A stretch of DNA of 64,000 bases from an uncultured Oscillospiraceae bacterium (lineage in GTDB: Bacteria > Bacillota > Clostridia > Peptostreptococcales > Anaerovoracaceae): the NCBI GenBank assembly GCA_964370025.1, contig CAYJGJ010000004.1, positions 6,216-70,215 on the forward strand. Reading direction: 5' to 3'. How positions within the stretch are numbered: position 1 is the stretch's first letter; every line of letters begins with the position of its first letter. Under the pieces are notes generated by a model. The model did not search any database, had not been told where the DNA came from, and saw only the letters and a list, made by a program, of their open reading frames with translations. Shown here piece after piece: positions 54,551 to 64,000 of this stretch. The position numbers were made by a program, and so were the translations under genes.

Positions 54551-57500
54551 ATGAGTGAGAACTATACTAAGGAAAAAGGATTTAGCCATAAGTTCAAATC
54601 TATTATCGATGCGACTCCGCTTTGTCTCAATCTATGGAATTATGAGTTAAAAAATGTACTATGCAATAGACAGGTAATGGCCTTGTTTGATTTGAAGAGT
54701 GAACAGCAGTATATTGATGAATTTTTTAATTTGTCTCCCGAATATCAACCTAATGGAAAATTAAGTAGTACGCTGGCACAAGAGCAGATAAAAAAAGCAT
54801 TTTCGGAAGGCTATAACAAATTTAAATGGTTGCATTGCAAATTGAATGGGGAAGAAATACCTTGCGAGATTACATTGCGAAGAATTAAAATCTCTGATGA
54901 TGAAGATTATATAGCTGGATTTACCCGAGATTTACGAGATGAACTTATGGGAAGTTCCTATGTCGAAGAATACGAAAACTATTTTTTGAATAGAATTTCA
55001 GAAAGAACTTTGTTTAATAAAATTTCTGAAATATCAAAGGAGTGGTATTTTTCTTACGATATTCGTACATCTTTAATTAGATTTTATGGTAGTTACGAAA
55101 GAACTTCCAACAGAGATTATTTCCCACTTAATGAACCTCTTAAAAAGGGGAAAGTCCACGAGGAAGATGCAAACTTATATTTAGAACTCATGGAAAATAT
55201 GAAAAAAGGTGTGTATGAACCCCTTGACATCAGGTATTTGCAACCTAATGGGGCGTATAGATATTATAGATTCGTATATCAAACTGTAAACGATCCAAAT
55301 GGTGATCCAGTATTTGTTGTCGGAAAAGGTGCCGACGTCCATGAACAAAAAACCTTAGAAAGGCGCTCTAGGATCGATTTGCTCACTGAGTGTTACAACA
55401 AGAACGCTGCGGAATACATAATTGCTGAAAAAATGATTGAGATGAAAAACGATGAATTTGCATTGTTTTTTATAGATATAGATAATTTTAAGACAATAAA
55501 TCACAATGTGAGCCATCATTTTGGCGATGAAGTATTAAAGAATATTTCAAAAAGCATTAAATCTATATTTAGAAGTGATGATATAATTGCGAGAATCGGT
55601 GGCGATGAGTTTATCGTTTTTACGACTAACCCAGGTAACAAGAAAGTGTTGGAGAAAAAAGCAAAAAGCATTGTCGATATGCTTAACACATCTTACAAAT
55701 ATGATGATATAGAATGTCCACTTTCGGCAAGTGTTGGAATTGCAAGGCATTCGGCTGGGAATTCGTACGATGACTTATATAACGCGGCTGACCAAGCTTT
55801 GTATAATGCTAAAAAAGCTGGCAAAAATAGATATTCGTTTTACGATAGCTCCATGGAAGAGGGCACAATCGGAGAGTTGACTAAATTGGATAATTCCAAT
55901 AGAGTGACGGGCGCAATACTCGACTATGAGTTAGTTACAGAAGTTTTTGATATTTTATATGATGAACGTTACAATCTCACTGATGCTGTCAATCTTTCGT
56001 TACAATACATAGCGGATAGATTTAATGCCGATCGAAGTTATATCTTCGAAACGTTCGATAATGGAAAGACATATGACAATACATATGAATTTTGCAAAGA
56101 AGGAGTTACTGCGGAGATAGGTAACCTTAAAGGAATTGATAGAGAAGTTCTCCAAGAGTTTTTTATAGAAAACAAGAATGGTATTCTATACTCTAATGAT
56201 CTAGCGGCTACTTTCAAACAAGAAAATGCCTACAAGTTGATGGCGGATCAGGGGATTCGTTCTTTTGCCCATGCGCAAATTAGAAAAGATGGATATGTAA
56301 CAATCTTTTTGGGGCTTGATGACTGTACAAAAGCTAGGATATGGAGTGATCGCGAAATAAATAGTTTGCAATATATAGTAAAAATAATGTCTATATTGCT
56401 TAAAAGTGCGCATATGCAAAACTCGCTGAGTGAACTCGGAGAATATAATAGAACTACCATGCATATTTCTGCTATGTCCGAAGAGTTATCATACGTCTCG
56501 GATGTCGACACCTATGAATTGTTGTATATAAATAGGGCAATGCTCAATGTGTTAGGCAATCCACCTGAGAGCGTATGGAAAGGTGGAAAATGTTATGAAC
56601 TTCTTCAAGGAAAAACTGAACCTTGTGATTTCTGTACAAACCACTTACTAAATGAACACACCTCGTATGAGTGGTCAATTCATAATGAACTGTTTAATAA
56701 AACTTATCTTTTGAAGGATAAGCTCATACCTATTGGCGGAAGACTTGCAAGACTTGAAACCGCTACTGATATTACGAAACTTAGCGAGCTTGAGAACACG
56801 TTAGTTGAAAAACTGGAGGAAGAAAGGCTTCTTACAACTTGTATAGCAGAGCTTCACTCGGATGAAACTCCCAAAATATCAATCAGTAATATACTAGGAC
56901 ATATATCGAAATATTTTTCTTCCGATAGAACAGTGTTGTTCCAAATATCAAAAAATGGAGAACATTTAAATAACACTTACGATTGGTGTTCTGAGGGATT
57001 CCACTCTCGTATAGATGAGTTGCAAACGATATCTATAGAAAATACGCGAAAACTATTAGACAAAATAAAAGAATTCAATCAATTCTATGAGCCTTCCGTG
57101 GAAGACGCTTACTCGAGCAACGATGCTGAATATAAATGGTTAAAATCGCTAGGAGTTGAACATTTCATTGCATCATCAATCAAGGATATCGATGGAAATG
57201 TAACAGGCTTTATTGGTATAGAACACCCAAAAGCTAGCACTGATAAAATTTGGATTTTGGAGTCTATATCTAAGTTTGTAGAAAATTTCCTAAATAAAAA
57301 TGAGCTGATATCGTCGTTGCATAGACTTAGTTATTATAGTAGTTTAACGGGGATTTACAACCGCCAAAGTTATATCGATGCAATATCCGAAGTAGGAATT
57401 CAATCTTCAACATCTTTGGGGGTTGCTCATATAAATATAAATAAGATGAGAATAATAAATATTACTCATGGTTTAGATTTTGGTGACGCAGTGATCAAAA

Positions 57501-58528
57501 AAGTTGCGGAACTGTTAACATCGCTGTTTGGAAAGAATGTCTATCATACTGCTGGCGATGAGTTTGTTGTAGTATTGAAGAATGAAGATGAATTAGAATT
57601 TGACAACAAGATAAATAAGGCAAAAAACCTCTTTGCTGACCAAAAGGACTTTACGGTCTCTATTGGGTATGCTTGGAATAAGAATACTGTTACTAGAAGA
57701 GAAGAAAATATTTCAAAATCAGACAACACCTTAGAATTAACAACTCAAGGATATACAACAATATTGTCTGAAAACTTAAAGAGAGAAATAATTGAAGGTA
57801 AATTTGTAGTCTTTTTGCAACCGCAGATAGAAATGGCTACAGGACAATTTACTAGTGCAGAAGCTTTAATAAGAAGAAAAGATGCAAAAGGAAATATACA
57901 ACCACCTGTTACGTTTATTCCTTTTTATGAAAAAGAAGGAGCTATTGCGCAAATTGATATGTTTGTACTTGAAACTATTTGTAAGTTGTTTTATGAATGG
58001 GAGCAAAAAGATATTAATAAGCAAATGCAGGTGTCTGTTAATTTCTCGCGACATACGATAGCAAACAAAGGAATTGTCGATTTGATTTGTTCTGTATGTG
58101 ATAAATACAATACTGATAAGACACGCTTGGTTATTGAAATTACAGAAACAGTAAACAGCGTAGATGATGCGTCGTTGTCCGAAATCGTTTCGAAATTTAC
58201 CGGTGCAGGATTTAAAGTATCGTTAGATGATTTTGGTAGCGGACATTCTAATCTATCGTCTCTCAGGTTGTCTCATTTCGACGAGATTAAAATCGACATG
58301 GGCATAGTATGTGAATTGCCACAAAGTCAACGATCAATGATTCTTACAGAAAATGCTCTAAATCTCTGCAGCATGTTAGAAGATGTAGTATCGGTTGCCG
58401 AGGGAATTGAAACTGTTGAACAGTACAATGTGCTTAAAGAATTAGGATGCAATAAAGGGCAAGGTTACTATTTCGATAAACCAATGCCTATAAAACGATT
58501 TGAAGAAAAATATATTAAACAAAAATAA
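54551..58528 (+). CDS. Giant cytoplasmic c-di-GMP protein: PAS-PAS-GGDEF(active, I-site)-GAF-PAS(Cys motif)-GAF-GGDEF(degenerate)-EAL
   Basis: RSDD-x5-GGDEF at the first cyclase domain, GAF-like blocks, PAS with GKCYELLQGKTEPCDFC, second GGDEF degenerated to TAGDEF. EAL motifs EALIRR, EITET, DDFGSGHS, KIDMG, EGIET, QGYYF. GAGAGGTG lies before ATG 54551. Confidence 0.85.
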   Translation: MSENYTKEKGFSHKFKSIIDATPLCLNLWNYELKNVLCNRQVMALFDLKSEQQYIDEFFNLSPEYQPNGKLSSTLAQEQIKKAFSEGYNKFKWLHCKLNGEEIPCEITLRRIKISDDEDYIAGFTRDLRDELMGSSYVEEYENYFLNRISERTLFNKISEISKEWYFSYDIRTSLIRFYGSYERTSNRDYFPLNEPLKKGKVHEEDANLYLELMENMKKGVYEPLDIRYLQPNGAYRYYRFVYQTVNDPNGDPVFVVGKGADVHEQKTLERRSRIDLLTECYNKNAAEYIIAEKMIEMKNDEFALFFIDIDNFKTINHNVSHHFGDEVLKNISKSIKSIFRSDDIIARIGGDEFIVFTTNPGNKKVLEKKAKSIVDMLNTSYKYDDIECPLSASVGIARHSAGNSYDDLYNAADQALYNAKKAGKNRYSFYDSSMEEGTIGELTKLDNSNRVTGAILDYELVTEVFDILYDERYNLTDAVNLSLQYIADRFNADRSYIFETFDNGKTYDNTYEFCKEGVTAEIGNLKGIDREVLQEFFIENKNGILYSNDLAATFKQENAYKLMADQGIRSFAHAQIRKDGYVTIFLGLDDCTKARIWSDREINSLQYIVKIMSILLKSAHMQNSLSELGEYNRTTMHISAMSEELSYVSDVDTYELLYINRAMLNVLGNPPESVWKGGKCYELLQGKTEPCDFCTNHLLNEHTSYEWSIHNELFNKTYLLKDKLIPIGGRLARLETATDITKLSELENTLVEKLEEERLLTTCIAELHSDETPKISISNILGHISKYFSSDRTVLFQISKNGEHLNNTYDWCSEGFHSRIDELQTISIENTRKLLDKIKEFNQFYEPSVEDAYSSNDAEYKWLKSLGVEHFIASSIKDIDGNVTGFIGIEHPKASTDKIWILESISKFVENFLNKNELISSLHRLSYYSSLTGIYNRQSYIDAISEVGIQSSTSLGVAHININKMRIINITHGLDFGDAVIKKVAELLTSLFGKNVYHTAGDEFVVVLKNEDELEFDNKINKAKNLFADQKDFTVSIGYAWNKNTVTRREENISKSDNTLELTTQGYTTILSENLKREIIEGKFVVFLQPQIEMATGQFTSAEALIRRKDAKGNIQPPVTFIPFYEKEGAIAQIDMFVLETICKLFYEWEQKDINKQMQVSVNFSRHTIANKGIVDLICSVCDKYNTDKTRLVIEITETVNSVDDASLSEIVSKFTGAGFKVSLDDFGSGHSNLSSLRLSHFDEIKIDMGIVCELPQSQRSMILTENALNLCSMLEDVVSVAEGIETVEQYNVLKELGCNKGQGYYFDKPMPIKRFEEKYIKQK

Positions 58529-58589
58529 ATTACAGCAAGCCGTTATCATTACATCTGGTGCAAGTACGCAAATAGTCCCCGAAGGAGGT

Positions 58590-60536
58590 ATGTGGATGGG
58601 TTATAAAAATGATGGAGAACAATCCCAAAATCAAACGGAGGAATCCAAACAAATAAAACATGAGAAAGAATTCAATGATGCATTTAAAGCTATTATAGAT
58701 GCTAATCCACTTTGCTTGAATTTGTGGAATAGGAAAATGGAAAATCTTCTTTGCAATAAGCAAGCGGTATTGCTTTTTGATCTCGAAAGCGAAGACCAAT
58801 ACTTGAAGGAATTTTTCAACTTGTCACCAGAGTATCAACCTAATGGTGTGCGTAGTAGTGAACTTGCTGCGCAGCACGTCGAAAAGGCATTTTCGGATGG
58901 GTATACCAAATTTCGATGGCTACACCAAAACTTAAGAGGAGTAGAAATACCGACTGAAATTATTTTATCCAAGATTCTTGTAGCAGATAACGAGGAGCTT
59001 GTAGTTGGATTTACAAGAGATTTGCGTTCGGAGATATTCGGCAGTGATTCAAATAACGAATACGAAAATTATTTCCTTAACAAAATATCTGATAGAACAC
59101 TGATAGAATGCTTGACAGAGTTGACGGATGAGTGGTTTTTTGCATTGGATACACGTACTTCTATTATCCAATATTACGGGAAGCAAGTTAAAGAATATAG
59201 TGAAAATAACAGTTATTCTATGACATTTGGATCTTTGATTGAACTTGGAATAGTACATGAAGATGACAAAGTGCAGTATGACAAGCTTGTTCAAAATATC
59301 AAGAGGGGGTACTATGAACCAATTGATATTAGATACAAGCAAAAGAATGGAAATTTTAAATATTATCGTTACATGTACCAATCGGTCAAGGATAGCGAAG
59401 GTAATTTAGTATTTGTTGTAGGAAAATCAGTTGATGTACACGAACAAAAAATGCTAGAAGAGCGTTCTAAAGTAGATTGGTTGACAGGATGTTATAACAA
59501 AATGGTATCAGAACACATCGTAGCGGAGATTCTTTTAAAAGAAAGCAACAAACAACATGCCCTGTTTATCGTAGATATCGATAATTTCAAGGCTATCAAT
59601 GATAACCTCGGGCACTACTTCGGTGACGAAGTTTTAAAAGAAATATCGCTAAATTTGAGGCAATCTTTTAGAAATCAAGATATTGTCGCTAGAATTGGTG
59701 GAGATGAATTTACTGTATTTATGTCTAACATTTCTTCGCGTGAAATTTTAGAAGAAAAAGCAGCAAAAATAATGGAGGCATTTAGCAGAACTTATTCAGG
59801 AGAGTACAAAAATTATTCGATTTCTGGCAGTGTAGGTGTGGCAATTTTCCCTGAGGCCGGGAATAATTATGTGGATCTTTACAAGTCTGCAGATAAAGCA
59901 CTTTACGAAGCAAAGATGTTAGGCAAAAACAGATATGTTTTTTACGATGAGTCTTTGATAGATGGTACTATGAAAAACATTACAAAGATTGAAAACGCTG
60001 ACAGGATGGCTGCAGCATATTTCGATTATGATTTAATAAACGCAGCATTTGAAACCCTTTACGATGCTCAAAAGGATCAAAACACAGCAATTGACAATAT
60101 ACTTCAATATGTGTGTAAAAAATACAATATTGACAGATGTTATATTTTTGAAACGAACGATGAGGGAGGGACATATAACAATACTTTTGAACAATGTCTT
60201 CCTAATATAAGCAAAGAAATCGATTCTCTTCAGGGTCTCCCAGGGGAAATGTTTGAGGATTTATTCAGTGAAGCGTTGCATAATGGCATAGTGTATACAA
60301 ATAACTTAGAAGCAATGTTTAAGGCCGAAGGCTCTTATGAAACTATGGCAAATCAGGGCATAAAATCATTTGCTCACGCTCAAGTAAGAAAAGGGGACTA
60401 CGTGTCATTCTTTTTGGGTGTAGATGACTGTACAAAAGCGAGAGTTTGGAGTGAAAAAGAGATTAATACTTTGCAATACCTTTCTAAATTTATCGCACTC
60501 TACCTGCATGGAAACACTTCTCAAGAAAAAAAATAA
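58590..60536 (+). CDS. PAS-PAS-GGDEF-GAF diguanylate cyclase, tandem paralog of the N-terminal half of the preceding gene
   Basis: Collinear, visibly similar sequence (for example FKAIIDANPLCLNLWN...FNLSPEYQPNG, RNQD-x5-GGDEF, GIKSFAHAQVRKGDYVSFFLGVDDCTKARVWSEKEINTLQY). GGAGG lies before ATG 58590. The ORF-track start 58500 overlaps the upstream gene. Confidence 0.85.
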   Translation: MWMGYKNDGEQSQNQTEESKQIKHEKEFNDAFKAIIDANPLCLNLWNRKMENLLCNKQAVLLFDLESEDQYLKEFFNLSPEYQPNGVRSSELAAQHVEKAFSDGYTKFRWLHQNLRGVEIPTEIILSKILVADNEELVVGFTRDLRSEIFGSDSNNEYENYFLNKISDRTLIECLTELTDEWFFALDTRTSIIQYYGKQVKEYSENNSYSMTFGSLIELGIVHEDDKVQYDKLVQNIKRGYYEPIDIRYKQKNGNFKYYRYMYQSVKDSEGNLVFVVGKSVDVHEQKMLEERSKVDWLTGCYNKMVSEHIVAEILLKESNKQHALFIVDIDNFKAINDNLGHYFGDEVLKEISLNLRQSFRNQDIVARIGGDEFTVFMSNISSREILEEKAAKIMEAFSRTYSGEYKNYSISGSVGVAIFPEAGNNYVDLYKSADKALYEAKMLGKNRYVFYDESLIDGTMKNITKIENADRMAAAYFDYDLINAAFETLYDAQKDQNTAIDNILQYVCKKYNIDRCYIFETNDEGGTYNNTFEQCLPNISKEIDSLQGLPGEMFEDLFSEALHNGIVYTNNLEAMFKAEGSYETMANQGIKSFAHAQVRKGDYVSFFLGVDDCTKARVWSEKEINTLQYLSKFIALYLHGNTSQEKK

Positions 60537-60611
60537 AAGGATGAACTAATCATTGGTTTCCTATTGGTACTCTATTGATAAGTATTATAGAAAGAATTTT
60601 TAGGTGATAAA

Positions 60612-62045
60612 ATGAAAAAAACAAAAATAATTTGCACTATAGGGCCTGCATCAGACAATAGAGAAACAATCACGCAAATGCTCAATGGTGGCATGAATGT
60701 AGCAAGATTGAATTTTTCACACGGAACATATGAAAATCATAAGAAAACAATAGAGTTAGTGAAATCTATTAGATTGACCGAGAAAAAACCACTTGCAATC
60801 ATGTTAGACACAAAAGGACCTGAAATAAGGGTTGAAAAGGTAATGAATGGCAAAATTACGCTAAACGAAGGTCAAAATTTTACCTTGACTAATAAACAAA
60901 TGGTAGGGACTGAGAACTGTGTTTCAATAACATATGATTTATTACACGAGGAAGTTACAAACGGCGATACTATCATGCTAGATGATGGCAAAATGGTGTT
61001 GGAAGTTGTTGGAATTAGTAACAGCGATATTCTTTGCGTGGTAAAGGTTGGTGGGGAATTAAAAGATCACAAAGGAGTAAACGTCCCAAATATTAAATTA
61101 AACATGACATACATGAGTGAGATTGATAAAAAGGATGTATTATTTGGTATTGAAAACGATGTGGATTATATCGCGGCATCTTTTGCTAGAAGAAAAAGTG
61201 ACATGGTAAGTTTAAGAGATTTTTTAAACGCAAATGGGGGTAAACACATCAAAATTATCGCAAAAATCGAAAATATGGAGGGTGTTGACAATTTTGACGA
61301 TATTCTGCAACTTTCAGATGGAATAATGGTAGCAAGAGGTGATATGGGAGTAGAAATTGAATATGAAAAACTCCCAGGAATCCAAAAAAAGCTAATAAAA
61401 AAGGCAAACGAAGTTGGGAAAATATGCATAACAGCTACCCAGATGTTAGAGTCTATGATTACAAATCATATTCCGACTAGAGCAGAGATTACGGACGTAG
61501 CGAATGCTGTATACGATGGCACATCTGCGGTGATGTTATCCGGAGAATCTGCAATGGGAGAATATCCTGTAGAAGCTGTTAAGGCGATGAATAATATTGC
61601 AATTCAAGCGGAAAATGATAAAGATTCTATGACACCATTATACAGGAGAAGAACATCTCCAAGAGAAAATGTCTTAGATGAAGATATAACTAACTCTGTC
61701 GGAAATGCCGCATGTACACTCGCAAACGACATAGCTGCTACCGCAATAATAGCAATCACCAAAAGTGGATATACTGCAAGCATGATGGCAAAGTTTAGAC
61801 CGAATATGACGATCATAGCTGTAACTCCATATGTAAAAGTGTATCATCAACTCGCCTTAGTTTGGGGGGCAATTCCAGTAATAACTAAAACGAAGGAAGA
61901 ATTAGGAGAACTCCTTAACGAGAGCATAAATGCATGTGTAAATGAGAACTTGCTGAAGATAGGTGATAGAATTGTTTTGAGTGCTGGACTCCCATTGAAT
62001 GTTTCAGGAACAACTAACATGATTAGAGTGAAGACTGTGGAGTGA
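60612..62045 (+). CDS. pyk: Pyruvate kinase
   Basis: KIICTIGPAS, ARLNFSHG, MLDTKGPEIR, MVARGDMGVEI, ATQMLESM. Confidence 0.93.
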   Translation: MKKTKIICTIGPASDNRETITQMLNGGMNVARLNFSHGTYENHKKTIELVKSIRLTEKKPLAIMLDTKGPEIRVEKVMNGKITLNEGQNFTLTNKQMVGTENCVSITYDLLHEEVTNGDTIMLDDGKMVLEVVGISNSDILCVVKVGGELKDHKGVNVPNIKLNMTYMSEIDKKDVLFGIENDVDYIAASFARRKSDMVSLRDFLNANGGKHIKIIAKIENMEGVDNFDDILQLSDGIMVARGDMGVEIEYEKLPGIQKKLIKKANEVGKICITATQMLESMITNHIPTRAEITDVANAVYDGTSAVMLSGESAMGEYPVEAVKAMNNIAIQAENDKDSMTPLYRRRTSPRENVLDEDITNSVGNAACTLANDIAATAIIAITKSGYTASMMAKFRPNMTIIAVTPYVKVYHQLALVWGAIPVITKTKEELGELLNESINACVNENLLKIGDRIVLSAGLPLNVSGTTNMIRVKTVE

Positions 62046-62090
62046 TTTTTGCGAGTAAAAAATATTGCGTAGTTTATTATATGAGAGGTT

Positions 62091-62831
62091 GTGTTTTTGA
62101 GCGTAAAGAAAAAGAATGTTTTAGTAGTTGGTGGAAGCAAAGGGATAGGCGCGAATATCGTAAAAAAATATATGTGTGCAGATTGTTCGGTTGCATTTTT
62201 ATATAATAACTCTCATGAGGAGGCAAAGCAGCTTGAATTAGACTCCGGTGCTATTGCCGTTTGCTGTGATGTTTCCAACTCTCTTGCAGTATCCGAATCT
62301 ATCGACCTAATACTGAACAGATCAAAAATAGAAGGATTTGACATAGTAATATATAATGCAGGAATAAGTGAAGTCGACTATTTTGATAATATGGATACTG
62401 AAACTTGGAATCGCATAATTGACATAAATCTAAATGGTGCATTCTATGTTTTAAAAAACACTACGCCACATATGATAAGAGAAAAAAAGGGGAAGATAGT
62501 TGTCATTTCCTCTATGTGGGGACAGGTGGGGGCGGCCATGGAAGTCGCGTATTCAACATCTAAGGCTGGATTAATTGGACTAACCAAATCACTTGCAAAA
62601 GAATTGGGCCCCTCTGGAATTAATGTTAATTGTGTGGCTCCAGGCCTAATTGAAACAGATATGAATAAAGAAATTAGAAGTGAGGATATTACTGCTATGA
62701 TAGAAGAGACACCGATACAAAGGATTGGTTCTTTGCATGATATAACTGAATGCGTATACTACTTGACGAGTGATGCAGCTAGCTTCATCACGGGACAAAT
62801 CATAGGAATAAATGGCGGTTTAGTAATGTGA
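62091..62831 (+). CDS. SDR family oxidoreductase, 3-oxoacyl-ACP reductase (FabG)-like
   Basis: VGGSKGIG, NAGI, S...YSTSK catalytic tetrad, IGINGG C-terminus. The start could be GTG 62091 or TTG 62097 (8 nt after GAGAGG). Confidence 0.8.
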   Translation: MFLSVKKKNVLVVGGSKGIGANIVKKYMCADCSVAFLYNNSHEEAKQLELDSGAIAVCCDVSNSLAVSESIDLILNRSKIEGFDIVIYNAGISEVDYFDNMDTETWNRIIDINLNGAFYVLKNTTPHMIREKKGKIVVISSMWGQVGAAMEVAYSTSKAGLIGLTKSLAKELGPSGINVNCVAPGLIETDMNKEIRSEDITAMIEETPIQRIGSLHDITECVYYLTSDAASFITGQIIGINGGLVM

Positions 62832-62925
62832 GAAATGCAATTTTTTTATTAAATACCTGATACTAAACAATAATATTAAATTAGCATTTAATTGTGTCCA
62901 TACGATATGAAATAATATAAAAATG

Positions 62926-62954
62926 TTGACACACAAAAAGCATAGTTGTACAAT
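62926..62954 (+). promoter_or_regulatory. Candidate sigma-A promoter for the suf operon (TTGACA-17 nt-TACAAT)
   Basis: TTGACA 62926-62931, 17-nt spacer, TACAAT 62949-62954, about 70 nt upstream of sufC. Confidence 0.5.
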
Positions 62955-63027
62955 ATTGTGGGATAATTCTATTTTCTTGATAAAAAAAGACAATAGGATA
63001 AAAACATAACGCAAAAAGGAGACGCGA

Positions 63028-63768
63028 ATGGCAATTTTAGAGATAAAAGATCTTCATGTTAAGATAGATGATAAAAATATATTAAACGGTGTTGATTTTA
63101 CGTTCAAAAGTGGAGAAATTCATGCAATCATGGGACCTAATGGGAATGGAAAATCAACGTTATTGCAGACAATTATGGGGCACCCTAAGTATGAGATCTT
63201 AAGTGGAGATATGATTTTAGATGGTCAAAGCATACTAAAATTGTCCGCTGATGAGAGAAGTAAATTAGGATTGTTTTTGGGTATGCAACATCCGATGGAG
63301 ATACCAGGTATCACAAATTTTGATTTTTTGCATGCGTGTTCAAAAGCACATGGAAAAGGAGATAGTATAATTCAGTTTTCAAGAGAAATTGAAGAATCTA
63401 TGGATAAACTCAAAATGCCCGCATCTATAACTCATAGATATTTAAATGATGGATTTTCAGGTGGTGAAAAAAAACGAAATGAAATACTTCAAATGATTAC
63501 ATTAAATCCTCAAATTGCAATGCTAGATGAAATAGACTCAGGATTAGATGTGGATGCAATGAAAATAGTAGCGGATGTTATTAAAGATGCTCTTAAAACG
63601 AGTGGAATGGGACTTCTAGTTGTCTCTCACTACCAGCGTTTTTATGAATATATTAAACCTGATTATGTCCACGTTGTAGTAAATGGTAAAGTAGTGGAAA
63701 GAGGCGACGTAGAATTGTCGCGGAAAATTGATAAAAAGGGCTACCATTATTCAATGGAAACAATATGA
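63028..63768 (+). CDS. sufC: Fe-S cluster assembly ATPase SufC
   Basis: LEIKDLHV, GPNGNGKSTL, GHPKYE, FSGGEKKRNEILQM, LDEIDSGLD. Confidence 0.92.
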   Translation: MAILEIKDLHVKIDDKNILNGVDFTFKSGEIHAIMGPNGNGKSTLLQTIMGHPKYEILSGDMILDGQSILKLSADERSKLGLFLGMQHPMEIPGITNFDFLHACSKAHGKGDSIIQFSREIEESMDKLKMPASITHRYLNDGFSGGEKKRNEILQMITLNPQIAMLDEIDSGLDVDAMKIVADVIKDALKTSGMGLLVVSHYQRFYEYIKPDYVHVVVNGKVVERGDVELSRKIDKKGYHYSMETI

Positions 63769-63783
63769 GGAGGCAATCAGAAT

Positions 63784-64000
63784 ATGAATAGGCAGATTGC
63801 TTTATCAAAAGGATTAAACCTAATAAATTTTGATCCGGAAGAAATTAAACTTATCGTTCGAGACATAGACTGTGATATTTTTTTGATTATCAAAAATGGT
63901 GGGAAAAAGAGGTTAATGCTTGATTTTTATAATACCTCTAGTAGGGTTTTTTTGTGGAATGAGTGCGAAGATGAGATTGTATTGGAAGAAGACTATTCTT
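63784..64000 (+). CDS. 5' part of the next suf gene (SufB/SufD family presumed), runs off the window
   Basis: ATG 63784 follows GGAGG by about 10 nt. The frame is open to position 64000 (not in the ORF track because no stop is reached). The call rests on position after sufC, not on sequence motifs. Confidence 0.45.
   Translation, partial: MNRQIALSKGLNLINFDPEEIKLIVRDIDCDIFLIIKNGGKKRLMLDFYNTSSRVFLWNECEDEIVLEEDYS

Noticed and set aside
58500-58589. ORF-track start of the second GGDEF gene at 58500, overlapping the end of the giant gene
   Set aside because: It has no RBS. The extension (MKKNILNKNK...) has no counterpart in the paralog alignment. GGAGG precedes ATG 58590.
16346-60536. c-di-GMP riboswitches (GEMM-I/II) near the many GGDEF/EAL genes
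   Set aside because: No intergenic region showed the conserved cores I remember. The only ACGCAAAGC occurrence is inside purF coding sequence. A covariance-model scan would be needed to exclude them fully.

Overview
Low-GC (about one-third G+C by eye) Firmicutes/Clostridia-type chromosomal window. It is densely coding, and I recognised no rRNA, tRNA, CRISPR array, transposase, integrase or defence module. All product calls come from reading motifs in the supplied translations; no searches were run.

Layout:
- 1-12.9 kb: cell-division and housekeeping block (degenerate ParA-like gene, ftsE, ftsX, coiled-coil M23 peptidase, S41 Ctp protease, nrdR, cmk, radC, minD-like gene), with convergent rlmN, ileS and a small membrane protein.
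- 13.3-27.2 kb: acyl-CoA synthetase, a racemase-family enzyme, three consecutive c-di-GMP genes (EAL; GAF-PAS-GGDEF; sensor with degenerate GGDEF plus EAL), a DUF45 peptidase, an esterase lipoprotein, a PNPOx/ferredoxin protein, an ABC ATPase remnant, an HxlR regulator and another sensor GGDEF.
- 27.5-44.3 kb: nitrogen block. On the minus strand: GS-I-like glnA, an ANTAR regulator and an aminotransferase. Divergent from it is a 13 kb co-directional array of asnA, GS-III, purF, pyrG, purC, purB, purA, glmS and guaA.
- 44.4-54.2 kb: TRIC-like channel, YccF, VOC, SDR, MCP, a guaA paralog with a gutted glutaminase domain, a small Cys-rich protein, a metallophosphoesterase, a LytTR-only protein, a receiver-less Spo0A-C-domain protein and pgeF.
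- 54.5-64 kb: a 1330-aa multi-domain GGDEF/EAL protein followed by a tandem partial paralog, then pyk, a fabG-like SDR, sufC and the start of sufB/D.

Most interesting observations:
1. The divergent glnA and asnA leaders each carry an intrinsic terminator. Its 5' arm can instead form a hexaloop hairpin sharing the motif ACAAWGGCGTT, and an ANTAR regulator is encoded next door.
2. The array that follows consists only of glutamine- or aspartate-handling enzymes and lacks the usual glmS, purine and T-box cis-RNAs.
3. Three tandem Spo0A-box heptamers ((T/A)GTCGAA, 10-bp phasing) lie upstream of an operon encoding a LytTR-only protein and a Spo0A effector-domain-only protein.
4. A second GMP-synthase gene has lost its GATase catalytic core.
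5. A conserved C-x10/11-C-x2-C PAS variant recurs in two c-di-GMP proteins.
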